64,000 nt of DNA from Planctomycetota bacterium. Lineage in GTDB: Bacteria > Planctomycetota > B15-G4 > JADJEK01. The position numbers and the translations under genes were made by a program. This document shows positions 47,721 through 57,800 of the stretch, in pieces. Numbering within the stretch: the stretch's first letter is position 1; each line of letters opens with the position of its first letter. The stretch spans positions 21,287 through 85,286 of the forward strand of contig JBGAIQ010000005.1 of the NCBI GenBank assembly GCA_044225365.1, given 5' to 3'. Below the pieces are notes generated by a model. That model saw nothing but the letters and a program-made list of their open reading frames with translations, ran no database searches and was not told the DNA's origin.

Positions 47721-48239
47721 ATGCGACGACGCACCCGCGCGCGCGAGCTCGCGCTCCAGTATTTGTTCTGCCTCGAGGGAACGAAACTCGATCCCAAGCC
47801 GGATCCCGTGCTCTTCCTCGACGATCACACGAGCGATGACGACGTGCGCAGCTTCGCGCTCGATATCGTGCGTGGATGCATCGATCAAGGACCCGCGATC
47901 GACGAGACGATCCGCGGCGTCGCGAAACGATGGGACCTCTCGCGGATGGCGGCGACCGATCGCTGCATCATCAAGATCGGCGTCTTCGAGCTGCTCTTTC
48001 GCGACGACATCCCGCCGCAGGTCACGCTCAACGAGGCGATCGAACTCGCGAAACGTTACGGTGCGGAGAAGTCCGGCCCCTTCGTGAACGGCATGCTCGA
48101 CGCGGTGCGCGAGAAGACGGGCCGCAAACCGTTCGACAGCCACACGCGCGGTCTCGGCCGCATTCCGGATCCCGAGGGTGAGACGACCGAGGAGCCCGAC
48201 GAGGGCGGCGAATTCCCGACTCCGCTGTCGGCGAATTGA
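47721..48239 (+). CDS. nusB: Transcription antitermination factor NusB
   Basis: The sequence ARELALQYLF...DRMAATDRCIIKIGVFELLFRDDIPPQVTLNEAIELAKRYGAEKSGPFVNGMLD is the canonical NusB fold sequence. Confidence 0.85.
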   Translation: MRRRTRARELALQYLFCLEGTKLDPKPDPVLFLDDHTSDDDVRSFALDIVRGCIDQGPAIDETIRGVAKRWDLSRMAATDRCIIKIGVFELLFRDDIPPQVTLNEAIELAKRYGAEKSGPFVNGMLDAVREKTGRKPFDSHTRGLGRIPDPEGETTEEPDEGGEFPTPLSAN

Positions 48240-48287
48240 CGTTGCGTCTTTGCGCATCGTCGCACGGGTGATTGGAATCGAGGAAGC

Positions 48288-49196
48288 ATGTTCGCGAAGC
48301 TCGCCGCCTCCCTGAAGAAAACGCGCGACAAGCTCGTTCTCGGCCTCAAGACCATCCTGTCCATCGGCCGCGACCTGGACGACGCTCTGCTCGACGAACT
48401 CGAGGAGACGCTCTACGGCGCCGATCTCGGCAAGGCTGCGGGTGAGATCATCGAGAAGGCGCGTAAGGCCTACAAGCTGCGCGACCTCAAGACGACCGAC
48501 GACGTGTTCGCGTTCTTGAAGAAGGAGATCCGGGCGCGACTCGGCGATCGCTCCGAGATCCGCGTCGCGGCGACGGCCCCCACCGTGATCCTCGTCGTCG
48601 GCGTCAACGGGTCGGGAAAGACGACGTCGATCGCGAAGCTCGCGCGCCACTTCGTGAAGAATGGCAAGAAGGTGGTCGTCGGCGCGGGCGACACCTTCCG
48701 CGCCGCCGCGGTCGAGCAGCTTCACATCTGGTCCGAGCGCGTCGGCTGCGGATTCATCTCCGGCAAATCGGACACCGATCCCGCCGCCGTCGCCTTCGAT
48801 GCAGCCGATGCCGCGGTGAAGCAGAAGGCCGATATCGTGATCATCGATACCGCCGGCCGCCTGCACACGCAGGAGCATCTGATGCGGGAGCTCGAGAAGA
48901 TCTCGCGCGTGCTGAGCAAGCGCATTCCCGGGTCGCCGCACGAGACCCTGCTCGTACTCGACGCCACCACCGGCCAGAACGCGATCCAGCAAGCCGCGCG
49001 CTTCAAGGCGGCCGTCCCCGTCACGGGACTCGTGCTCGCCAAGCTCGACGGTTCCGCGAAGGGAGGCGCGGTCGTCTCGATCCGCGATCAGGTGGGCGTC
49101 CCGGTGAAGTTCGTCGGCGTCGGCGAGCAGTTCGACGATCTCGAGGTTTTCGATCCCGAGAGCTTCACCGAGTCGTTGTTCGAAGCAGGACCCTGA
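48288..49196 (+). CDS. ftsY: Signal recognition particle receptor FtsY (short form, NG domain)
   Basis: An AGGAAG Shine-Dalgarno sits 8 nt upstream of the ATG. G1 VILVVGVNGSGKTTS, DTFRAAA, G3 DTAGR and the TKLDG-type AKLDGSAKGG are all present. Confidence 0.9.
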   Translation: MFAKLAASLKKTRDKLVLGLKTILSIGRDLDDALLDELEETLYGADLGKAAGEIIEKARKAYKLRDLKTTDDVFAFLKKEIRARLGDRSEIRVAATAPTVILVVGVNGSGKTTSIAKLARHFVKNGKKVVVGAGDTFRAAAVEQLHIWSERVGCGFISGKSDTDPAAVAFDAADAAVKQKADIVIIDTAGRLHTQEHLMRELEKISRVLSKRIPGSPHETLLVLDATTGQNAIQQAARFKAAVPVTGLVLAKLDGSAKGGAVVSIRDQVGVPVKFVGVGEQFDDLEVFDPESFTESLFEAGP

Positions 49197-49206
49197 TCGC
49201 GTCGCG

Positions 49207-50607
49207 TCACATCGCGCCGAGGACGATCGTCGAATGGCCCGTCTTCGGCTGTTTGGGATCGAGCAGCGCCTTCACCTTCACCGGCGAATTGCCGCTTTCG
49301 AGTCCGCCGATCGCCACGGTGTAGTCCCCAGGGAGGAACAGCGGCACGCCGAACACGTCGAGTTCTCCGTTCGGCTTCATGAGCGAGTAGTCCGCGAGGT
49401 CGAGCGTCGCGCCGTCGGGGGTGAGCAACGACACGACCGGCAGCAAGGTGCCCTTCTTCAGTTTGATCGTCGCGTCGAGGTGCGCGTCGGGAAGGACGCG
49501 GACCTTGAACTCGAATCCGGTTGCGGCAGCGGGTAGCTCGATCGTCTTCTGCACGCTGCGCGCCGCTTTGGGCAACTTGCGCGACGTCGCGATCGCAACG
49601 GGACCGAAGCCGTGCGAGAAGTTCGACACTCGCACACGGTGGCGACCCGTCGTTCCGAGCGTGACACTGAATGCGCCGCCCTTGCCGAAATCGACGTCCT
49701 TCGCCCACACCACGAGTCCATCCGGATCGACGACCTCGACTCGCGCATGAACCTCTTGACCTGCAGCATTCACGGCGAGGAAGTGCTGCGTGAACTTCAT
49801 CCCCACGACGCCGTCGAACGTCGCATCGAAGACGTCGCCGGCACTCACGGGCACGATCTTGATCTTGTCGCCCGGAGCGAACTTCGGCAGGACGCAGCCG
49901 TCGAGCACGAGATGAAGCCGCTCGTTCCATCGCGCGGCCATCTTCTTCTCGCCGCTCTCGCCGGGATGGAATCCGTCGTAGGTGTCGGTCGTCGCGTCGT
50001 AGCCGGTGAATTGATCGACGAGCAGGACGCGCGATTCGGGGCGATCGACCGCCGCGACGAGCGCGGGGATCTCCGAGTTGAACGCGAGCAGAGTAGGCGG
50101 CACTTGCCCCGACAGCTCGATCGGAACGATCTGCGCGACGAGGATCTTCAAGTTCGGCCGCGCCGCGCGCAGGTTGAGCAGGATCGACTGGAGATTGAGG
50201 AGCGCCGTCGTCACCGGCACCGCGTGGTTGATGTCGGTGTTCCCCATGTGGACGAGCGCGACATCGGGGGTGTACGCGCTCGCGAGCCCTTCGATCGCGA
50301 GACTCATCTCCGCGGTCTGCCAGCCCGAGTGGGCTTCGTGGTCCGGATCGAAGTCGGAGTAGAGCGGAGGGCCGCCGAAGACACCTTGCTGACTGCCCAC
50401 GAAGTCGAACGGGATGCCTTCGTCGTGCAGGGTGTGATCGAGCCAGTAGCGCCAGCTCGCATGACCGGTGTTGGTCTCCGTGATCGAATCGCCCACGGGC
50501 ATGATGCGAACGGGCGCGCCTGCGCCGGCATTCCCCGTTGGCGCGGGGACGAGGGCCGGACCGAGGCAGACGAGGAGGAGTGCGGCGAGCATGGAACTGC
50601 CCCTCAT
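49207..50607 (-). CDS. Secreted SGNH/GDSL hydrolase with a C-terminal beta-rich extension of about 230 aa
   Basis: Signal peptide present. Block I MPVGDSITE, block III GNTD and block V DGFHP are recognisable. The C-terminal half is of unknown function. Confidence 0.65.
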   Translation of the reverse strand: MRGSSMLAALLLVCLGPALVPAPTGNAGAGAPVRIMPVGDSITETNTGHASWRYWLDHTLHDEGIPFDFVGSQQGVFGGPPLYSDFDPDHEAHSGWQTAEMSLAIEGLASAYTPDVALVHMGNTDINHAVPVTTALLNLQSILLNLRAARPNLKILVAQIVPIELSGQVPPTLLAFNSEIPALVAAVDRPESRVLLVDQFTGYDATTDTYDGFHPGESGEKKMAARWNERLHLVLDGCVLPKFAPGDKIKIVPVSAGDVFDATFDGVVGMKFTQHFLAVNAAGQEVHARVEVVDPDGLVVWAKDVDFGKGGAFSVTLGTTGRHRVRVSNFSHGFGPVAIATSRKLPKAARSVQKTIELPAAATGFEFKVRVLPDAHLDATIKLKKGTLLPVVSLLTPDGATLDLADYSLMKPNGELDVFGVPLFLPGDYTVAIGGLESGNSPVKVKALLDPKQPKTGHSTIVLGAM

Positions 50608-50903
50608 CGTTCATCATGTTCGCAAGGAATGCAACTCGATCGTCGCTGCATCTTCGACGTGAACTGGATTCTCGCTCGAACCCGGCTCGAATCCGCGTAC
50701 GATCGACGGTGGAAACCGGGCGGCTGCCCAGCGCGTAAGACTCATCTCCCCTTCTTCCCCTTTTCCCGGAGTCACCGCCCGGATCCATTTTCCGCCCCGC
50801 CGCGCGCCGGCGTGGTCCGCGAATCGAAACGAGTCTTCGGCGAGTTCGGCTCAAGTTCGAGGCCTGAACCGTCGAAAGCGGATCCATCTTCGAGGATTCC
50901 GCA

Positions 50904-51728
50904 GTGCCCGACTCACCTCACCCTTCGACCTTCCTGCATTCGCGCAACGCACGTTCGTTGCCCGTCGGCTGGATCGTCGTGCCCGCGCTCGTCGTCCTCA
51001 TCGGCTTGCCGAAGGCGACGACACCGACTCACGTGATCGCGCTCTTCAGTCTCGGCCTCGGCGTCACCTGCGCCCTGCTCCTCGTGCGGACGATCGTGCT
51101 GCAGCTTCGCAAGCCGTACACCAGTGAGCTCGCGGCGCTCGCGAACGAGATCGAACCGCTCCTCGATCGCTCGACAAGATTGCCTCCCGCGGTGAAGTCC
51201 CCCCGCGCAACGACGCCGCCCATTCGCCGCCGCCTGCCCGCGCGCTCCACGCTCGCCGACCTCCTCGGCCTGCTGCGCGAAGAACACGCGGAGCTCGCGG
51301 CCGCTCAGCACGTCGGGCTCGATTTCCGGATGCACGGCGATCTCGACCACGCTCCACTCGAACTCGAGACGATTCGCTTCGTCCTCGCCCATCTGATCGA
51401 CAACGCGATCCGGCACGGCCACGATGCCGTGACGCCGGGACTCGTGGAACTCCGCGCGAACCCGATCGACGACGGCAAGGCCGTGCGGTTCACGGTCAGC
51501 GACGACGGTCATGGCGTCTCCCCCGCTTCGCGCGCGAGCCTGTTCGGAGAGATGCCCTCGACTCGCCGTCCAGCACCGAGCTTGAAGAAGCCGGGCCTGA
51601 TGCGGTGTCGCGAGCTCGCCGAAGCGGTTCAGGGGACGATCGCCTGCGAGCCTCGTACTCCGCGCGGCACTCGATTCGTCTTCGACATCCCGGTGAAGGT
51701 CGGGCGGCCGCAATTCCTCGTCACGTGA
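50904..51728 (+). CDS. Small membrane protein with HATPase_c-like domain (histidine-kinase-like)
   Basis: 274 aa with a GTG start in the track. Two TM segments are followed by HLIDNAIRHG (N-box-like) and TVSDDGHGV (G1-like). The H-box is not clear. Confidence 0.5.
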   Translation: MPDSPHPSTFLHSRNARSLPVGWIVVPALVVLIGLPKATTPTHVIALFSLGLGVTCALLLVRTIVLQLRKPYTSELAALANEIEPLLDRSTRLPPAVKSPRATTPPIRRRLPARSTLADLLGLLREEHAELAAAQHVGLDFRMHGDLDHAPLELETIRFVLAHLIDNAIRHGHDAVTPGLVELRANPIDDGKAVRFTVSDDGHGVSPASRASLFGEMPSTRRPAPSLKKPGLMRCRELAEAVQGTIACEPRTPRGTRFVFDIPVKVGRPQFLVT

Positions 51729-52551
51729 CGGGGGCGGCCCTCGAACTCCGCGCGGCGAACTCGATGTGACTCGCCCGACCGAGCAACTCCCGCTCGCTGC
51801 CGATCCGTTCCTCGAGTGCGAGCAAGCGACGCTTCGTTTCGCCGTCGTCGAGCAGCGATCGATTCTTGTGCATGGGGAGCACCGGCCTCCCGATCATGCT
51901 GACCACCGACAGGCCCGCATCGCTCGCCAGTCGTTCGATCTCGGCGGCCTTGAACATCTTGGTCGGGAAGCGCTCGTCCTTGTCCTTCGCGAGCCATTCG
52001 CTGCGGCCATCCTTCATGAATCGCTCCAGGGCCGCGACGTCGCCGCGCTCCAGCATGTGCTCGAGACCCGCGTACCGTTGGTCCACCGAGGCGAGGAACA
52101 CGCCGCCATCGACGAGCAGCCGCTTCACGTTGCGAAGCGCGAGCGCGACGTTCGGAACGAACGACAGCACATCGCCGAGTGCGATCACGAGGGAGTAGCG
52201 CGCTTCGCCGAGCATCGCGGGTAGATCACGATCGTCGAGGCTGGCCCGCACGAATCGACACTCCGCCGTGAGCCCGGCCTCCGCGTAATTCTTGCGCGCC
52301 TGTTCGAGCATGCCCTCGGAGAGGTCGAGGAAGTCGGTCGCGTAACCGCTCTTCGCGAGCTTCACGCCGAAGTGGCCCGGCCCGCATCCGGCATCGAGGA
52401 CGTTCGCCCGCGCTTGAATCGGCAGGAAGCGCTTGAGATGTCGCCACGTCAACTCGCGGCAGAACGCGAGGTACGAATCGCCCTCGTGCTGCTCCTCGTA
52501 ACGGGGAGCCACTCGATCGTGATAACGTTCGTTGGAACTGCGCCGGGACAT
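51721..52551 (-). CDS. Class I SAM-dependent methyltransferase
   Basis: Starts at an internal ATG of track ORF 51721..52962 (MSRRSSNERYHDRVA...). Motif I VLDAGCGPGHFG and the post-I acidic residue FLDLS are present. Confidence 0.75.
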   Translation of the reverse strand: MSRRSSNERYHDRVAPRYEEQHEGDSYLAFCRELTWRHLKRFLPIQARANVLDAGCGPGHFGVKLAKSGYATDFLDLSEGMLEQARKNYAEAGLTAECRFVRASLDDRDLPAMLGEARYSLVIALGDVLSFVPNVALALRNVKRLLVDGGVFLASVDQRYAGLEHMLERGDVAALERFMKDGRSEWLAKDKDERFPTKMFKAAEIERLASDAGLSVVSMIGRPVLPMHKNRSLLDDGETKRRLLALEERIGSERELLGRASHIEFAARSSRAAPVT

Positions 52552-52654
52552 CACCGAATCGTACGCCCGGTTCGTCGTCCGATCGTCTGTGTTTTTTCGA
52601 TGACTCGAAGCCCCAGGAGCGGGCGCGCCGTGCGGCGCTCGTAGACTGCTCGCG

Positions 52655-54841
52655 ATGATACCGTTCCTCCTCGTCCTCCTGGTCCTCGCGGTCGATCCCC
52701 ATGGGTTCGAGCCGCCCGCGTTGAAGCGAGCGTTGCTCCTCACCGCGGGGCCGCTGGCGTTGCTGATGCTCCTCCCGACGGGCGGGCTGCGACGGGTCGC
52801 CACGACGCCGCTCGGCTTCGGCCTCTCGGCCCTCGCACTGCTCTTCGCTTGGTCGTGCCTCGGGACGGTGATCGCCGGCGTGCCACTCGCGATCGGCGGA
52901 AAGGGCGTCGGCCTCTTGCTCCTCCTGCTCGCGTTCGCCGCGCTCGCCCGCGAGAACGCCACGAAGAACGCCTTCCGGCTCGGCGACAGCCTGCTCGCGC
53001 TCGGGCTCGTCTGCGCGGTCTACGCGATCCTGCAGCGAATCGGCTTCGATCCGCTCTTCCTCAATCCCGAGAAGAAGTCGGTCGCATTCTTCGGCAACAC
53101 GAATCGTGCGGCGGAATTCATCGCACCCCTCGCGCCGCTGGCGCTTGCGTTCCGTACTTCGCGCGGCGGCACACTCGCCGGGCTCGCCACGCTCGCGCTT
53201 CCGCTGCTCGTCGCGGCGACGATCCTCACGAACAGCCGCGCAGGTGCGATCGCCGCGGGAGTGGGCCTGCTCGCCGTTCTCGTGTTCACGTCCGATCCTT
53301 TGCGCCGCAAAGTCGATGTCGCGCTCATCGCGGCCGGCCTGTTGCTTCCGTTGCTGCTCGGTGGAATCGAGAACTACCGCTTCAAGAGCGTCGCCGAGAG
53401 CGAAGCGAGCATCGTCTCCCCCGACTATTCACCGAATCGTCAGCGCGAACTCCTCCTCGAGGCATCGCTGAGGATGAGCAAGGACTCGCCCCTCTTCGGA
53501 AAAGGAGCCGGGAACTTCCGATACGCGTTCCCTCGGTTTCGCGATCCCGAAGAAGCACGCATGCTCACCCTGGGCGGAGCGCTCTCGTCGGCGGAGGATC
53601 CGCACAACGAGTTCCTCCTGCTCGCGACCGAGTCCGGCATCCCGGCCGCGGCGCTCTTCGTGATCTTCCTGCTCAGCGCATTGCTCTCGGTGCGCACGTC
53701 CTCGCTGTGGCCGGCCGGCCATCCGTTGCGTGCCGCGGCGCCCGGCTACGCGGGGGCGCTGATCGCGCTGTGCGTGATGGCGGCCTTTCGATCGATCCTC
53801 GATCATGCCCCGGTCGCGCTCATGACGGCCGCGCTCGGTGGCAGCTTGCTCGCGTGTCGCGAGATCGATCCAGCATCGCGGCGCTCTGGGCCCCTGCTCG
53901 TCGTCCTTCCGATCTGGCTCGTTGCCATCGCGTTCCTCGGCGTACGTGCTCTCGCGTCCGAGATCTGCCTCGGTCTCGCCGCGCGCGACCTGAGCGCGAG
54001 CCGCCTCGTTCCTGCGATCGACGACCTCTCGAACGCGCGCATGTTCGACGGAACCAATCTCGCCGCAATGCAGCTCGAAGCCACATTGACCGAAGGCGCC
54101 GCGCGGCTCGATCCCAAACGCACCGATGCCGCGATCGCCGCGCGCCGCCGCATCCTCGCCCTCGACCCGAGCCACGTCACCTCGCACTTCCGGCTCGCAG
54201 CGCGAATGTACGAACGGGGCGATTTCGGCACGGCGCGCTCGCACCTGCGCTACGGCCTCTCCGTGCTGGGTGAGAACCGCAAGGGATGGAGCGAGAAGGG
54301 CGTCACCCGACTCCTCGAACAGAAGGAATTCCGCGCCGCCGCCATCTTCGAGAGACTGCGGCGCGTCGGCGGGGAAGGCACGCTCGGCGAATTGCGGAGC
54401 GAGGCCGATACCAACGCCAAGTCGCCGCAGCGCGATCGACAGGTCTTCGCCGCGGAACTCCTCGCGCAGTTCCTCGAGTTGCGCCCTGCCGACCCCGACG
54501 CGGCATACGATCTCGCCGAACTCTGCTCCAAACTCGAGGACAAGGCGCGAGCCGACTCGTACTACGAACGATCCCATCTCTGCCGAGCCGCGCAGGCACT
54601 GGAGCACAAGGACGTCGTCCTCGCCAAGCGCTCGCTCGCGAGCGCCCAGCACTATGGAGAGTCGTTCGACCTCTCCGTGCTGCTCTCCCTCGTCGCGCTC
54701 CTCGAGAAGGACTCGCTTCCGCTCGAGAAGCTCGAGCACGAGGCAAGAGGACAGAGGGTGTCGCGTCCGATCCACGAAGCCCTGGCACCTCTCGCCAAGA
54801 TGCCGGAGTTCGCCGACGCGCTGAAGCGCATCGGATCCTGA
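52655..54841 (+). CDS. O-antigen ligase (Wzy_C) family polytopic membrane protein with a C-terminal TPR-like helical region
   Basis: 728 aa with an ATG start. It has more than 10 TM helices, a central ...TNSRAGAIAAG... loop characteristic of O-antigen ligase/Wzy_C, and a soluble helical-repeat tail of about 300 aa. Confidence 0.7.
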   Translation: MIPFLLVLLVLAVDPHGFEPPALKRALLLTAGPLALLMLLPTGGLRRVATTPLGFGLSALALLFAWSCLGTVIAGVPLAIGGKGVGLLLLLLAFAALARENATKNAFRLGDSLLALGLVCAVYAILQRIGFDPLFLNPEKKSVAFFGNTNRAAEFIAPLAPLALAFRTSRGGTLAGLATLALPLLVAATILTNSRAGAIAAGVGLLAVLVFTSDPLRRKVDVALIAAGLLLPLLLGGIENYRFKSVAESEASIVSPDYSPNRQRELLLEASLRMSKDSPLFGKGAGNFRYAFPRFRDPEEARMLTLGGALSSAEDPHNEFLLLATESGIPAAALFVIFLLSALLSVRTSSLWPAGHPLRAAAPGYAGALIALCVMAAFRSILDHAPVALMTAALGGSLLACREIDPASRRSGPLLVVLPIWLVAIAFLGVRALASEICLGLAARDLSASRLVPAIDDLSNARMFDGTNLAAMQLEATLTEGAARLDPKRTDAAIAARRRILALDPSHVTSHFRLAARMYERGDFGTARSHLRYGLSVLGENRKGWSEKGVTRLLEQKEFRAAAIFERLRRVGGEGTLGELRSEADTNAKSPQRDRQVFAAELLAQFLELRPADPDAAYDLAELCSKLEDKARADSYYERSHLCRAAQALEHKDVVLAKRSLASAQHYGESFDLSVLLSLVALLEKDSLPLEKLEHEARGQRVSRPIHEALAPLAKMPEFADALKRIGS

Positions 54842-54851
54842 TCGCGCGCGA

Positions 54852-57800
54852 TCACTCGATGCCGTACTTCGAGATCAGAGTCTGCAGCCAGCGGCGTGTG
54901 ATGCCGAGGCGCTCCGCGGCCTTCCCGCGATTGCCCTCGCTTGCCCGAAGGGCGGCGACCACGAGCTCCTTCTCGTAGTTCGCGACGGCATCCTTCAGCG
55001 AGGTCTCGCCGGGTAGCGCCGATTCGCGCACCGGCGCGACGACCGCAGGAAGCGGCGTGCGCCGATAGTCCGGGGGAAGGTCTTGCGCGTCGATGGGATC
55101 GTGCGGCGACGTGAGCACCAGCGCGCGAACGACGGCCTCGAGCTCACGCACGTTGCCGGGGAAGGGTTGGGCCGAGAGATGTGCGAGCGCTGCGTCGGTG
55201 AATCCGCGCGGCTTGTCCCCCGAACGGCGCGCGATCTCGCTCGAGAAGTGCGCGACGAGCAACGGCACGTCGCCGCGCCGATCGCGTAGCGGCGGTACGT
55301 CGATCGGAATCACTCGCAGGCGCCAGTAGAGGTCCTCGCGGAATCGTCCTGCAGCCACCCACTCGACGAGCGGCCGATTCGTCGCCGCAACGAGTCGGAA
55401 GTTCACGCGCTGCGGTTTGTTCGAACCGAGCGGCCAAACCTCGCCGTCCTGCAACACACGCAGGAGCTTCGCTTGCATCGCGAGCGGCATGTCCGCGATC
55501 TCGTCGAGGAACAACGTGCCTTGATCGGCTGCGACGACGAGTCCCTCGTGATCGCGCGTGGCGCCCGTGAACGATCCCTTGCGGTAGCCGAACAGCTCGG
55601 CCTCGACGAGAGTCTCGGGCAGCGAAGCGCAGTTCACCGCGATGAATCGCTTGCGCCGCCGATAGGACCGATCGTGGAGCGAGCGCGCGATCAACTCCTT
55701 GCCCGTGCCGGCTTCGCCGAGCACCAGGACGGAGGCGTCGGAATCGGCGACGCGTTCAACGAGATCGAGGATGCCGAGCAACCGCGGATCCTGCGTCACC
55801 AACGGACTCGCAACACCCTTCGCCTCGAGTTCACGGCGCACTCGATCGAGATCGTCGCGAGCGGTCTCGAGTTCGCGCGTCCTCGCCTTCACGTCGGCGA
55901 GCAAGCGTGTGTTCAGCACCTCGATCTCCCCGCGGAGGCGTGCCCGATCGAGGACGATCGCGGCCTGCTCGGCGAGCGCCTGCGTCACGTTGCGGGCGGA
56001 GTCGTCGAAGCGATCGATCCGCTCCGGGTCATCGACGTAGATCGCTCCGATCACCTCGCCGCGCGCCTTGAGGGGCGCGCAGAGCACGGAGAGGAGGTCG
56101 AGGCGCGAGATGCTCTGGTACTCCTTGAATCGCTCATCGGTCCGCGCCTCCGAGGTGACGATCGTCTCTCCCGATGCGAGTGTTCGCTCGACGATCGAGC
56201 GGGAGAGTTGCATCGCGGGATCCTCGATGTCCTGTTGCCGCAGATTGCGCGCAGCCTCGAAGCGAAAGCTCGACTCGAAGCGCGTGACGACGAATCCGCG
56301 GCTCGCACCGAGCAAGTCGAGCGCGGTGTCGAGGATTCGGGTGAGGACATCGGCGACGGAGTCGGCCTCGTTGATCCACCGACTCGCTTCCAACACTTGG
56401 CGCAACTGACGATTCTCGCGCAGCAGATCGCGCTCGACGGCGGTGCCCTCGAGGGCCGCATCGAGCGCGGCGACGAGTTCGCGCGCGATCGCGATCCGGA
56501 GCCGGTGGCCGCAAGCAAGCGCATGGCGCTGCGCGGCGCGAGCCGCATCGCGCCCATCTCGGGCGAATTCGAAGGAGCCGTTCGCGAGGTCGAGCCGTAC
56601 GGCACGCGCGAAGGCGATGAGCACCGCGGCTTTCGTTGCGTCGTCGCTCGCCGTCTCGAGCGCGGAGAGGAGAGCGCAGCGTGCGGCATCGCGGCGCAGC
56701 AGCACCAACGCAGCCGCGCGGATGCCCGTGGCTTCGGCGAGCGCCTTGCGTCGACCCGCCGCTCGGGCGAGGCGACGCGCGAGGCGGGCGCGGCGGAGCG
56801 CACCGATGGGATCGGAGCGAAAGAGCTGCTGCTCGGCGACGAGTGATTCGGCCGTCGCGCGTTCACCCTGGCCGCCGGCGCGATCGGCGAGGAGGACGGC
56901 CCGCCGCGCGACACCCCACGCCGTCGCGATCTCCCCGCGATCGCGGGCCGCTTCTGCGATCGCGATCAGCACCGAGAGTCGGGCCGAGGCACGCTCCGGT
57001 CCCGCCGAGAGCTGGAGCGACTCGCGCACGGCCGCCCGGGTCCCGTCGATGTCGCCTAGGGTCGCGCGCGCCCGAATCAGTTCCGCCGCCGAGAGCGCGG
57101 CACCGGGATGAGCGTTCACGAACTTGCGATGCTCGAGGCTCTGCTCGAGACACTTCACGGCCGCTTCAGGATCGCCGAGGAAGAGGCGCGCGGCACCTTC
57201 GCCGGCGAGGGCCCACCCCAGGCCGCGACGATTCCCGGCTCGCGAGAACAGGATCGTCGCTCGTTGCAATGACTGGAACGCGCGCCGTGCATCCCCCGAC
57301 TCGAGTCGCGCGAGACCGAGTCGAGTGAGGACGTCCGGCAACAATCGTCGGTCGCTCGATCTCTCGAGCAGGTTCACCGCGCGTCGAAGCCGTCGCTCCG
57401 CGAGCGCGGCGCGCCCGGCCTCGAGATCGATCACGGCGAGCGTCGAATCGAAGTGCGCGGCACGCGCGAGGCGGCCGAGGCGACGCGACAATCGGCGCGC
57501 TTCGACGAACGCCTCGTGCGTGCGTCGCACGTCACCGGCCCGATCGGCGAGCGGACCTGCGACCGCGGCGATCTCGAGTCGCGCGGAGAGATCGTCGATT
57601 CCTTGGCGCAACGACCAGAGGGCGTTCACCTCGTTGCGCGCCTCGGCCGTCTTGCCTGCGGCATTCGCGGCCCAGGCGCGAGCCGCACGCAACCGGAACA
57701 CGTCGTTCCCGCGCGCCCGCAAGAGTGCCCGATCGAGCCGGTCGACGGCATCGGTTGCGCGCCCCATCCGCTCGAGCAGTTGCGCGTGCTCGACGGCGAG

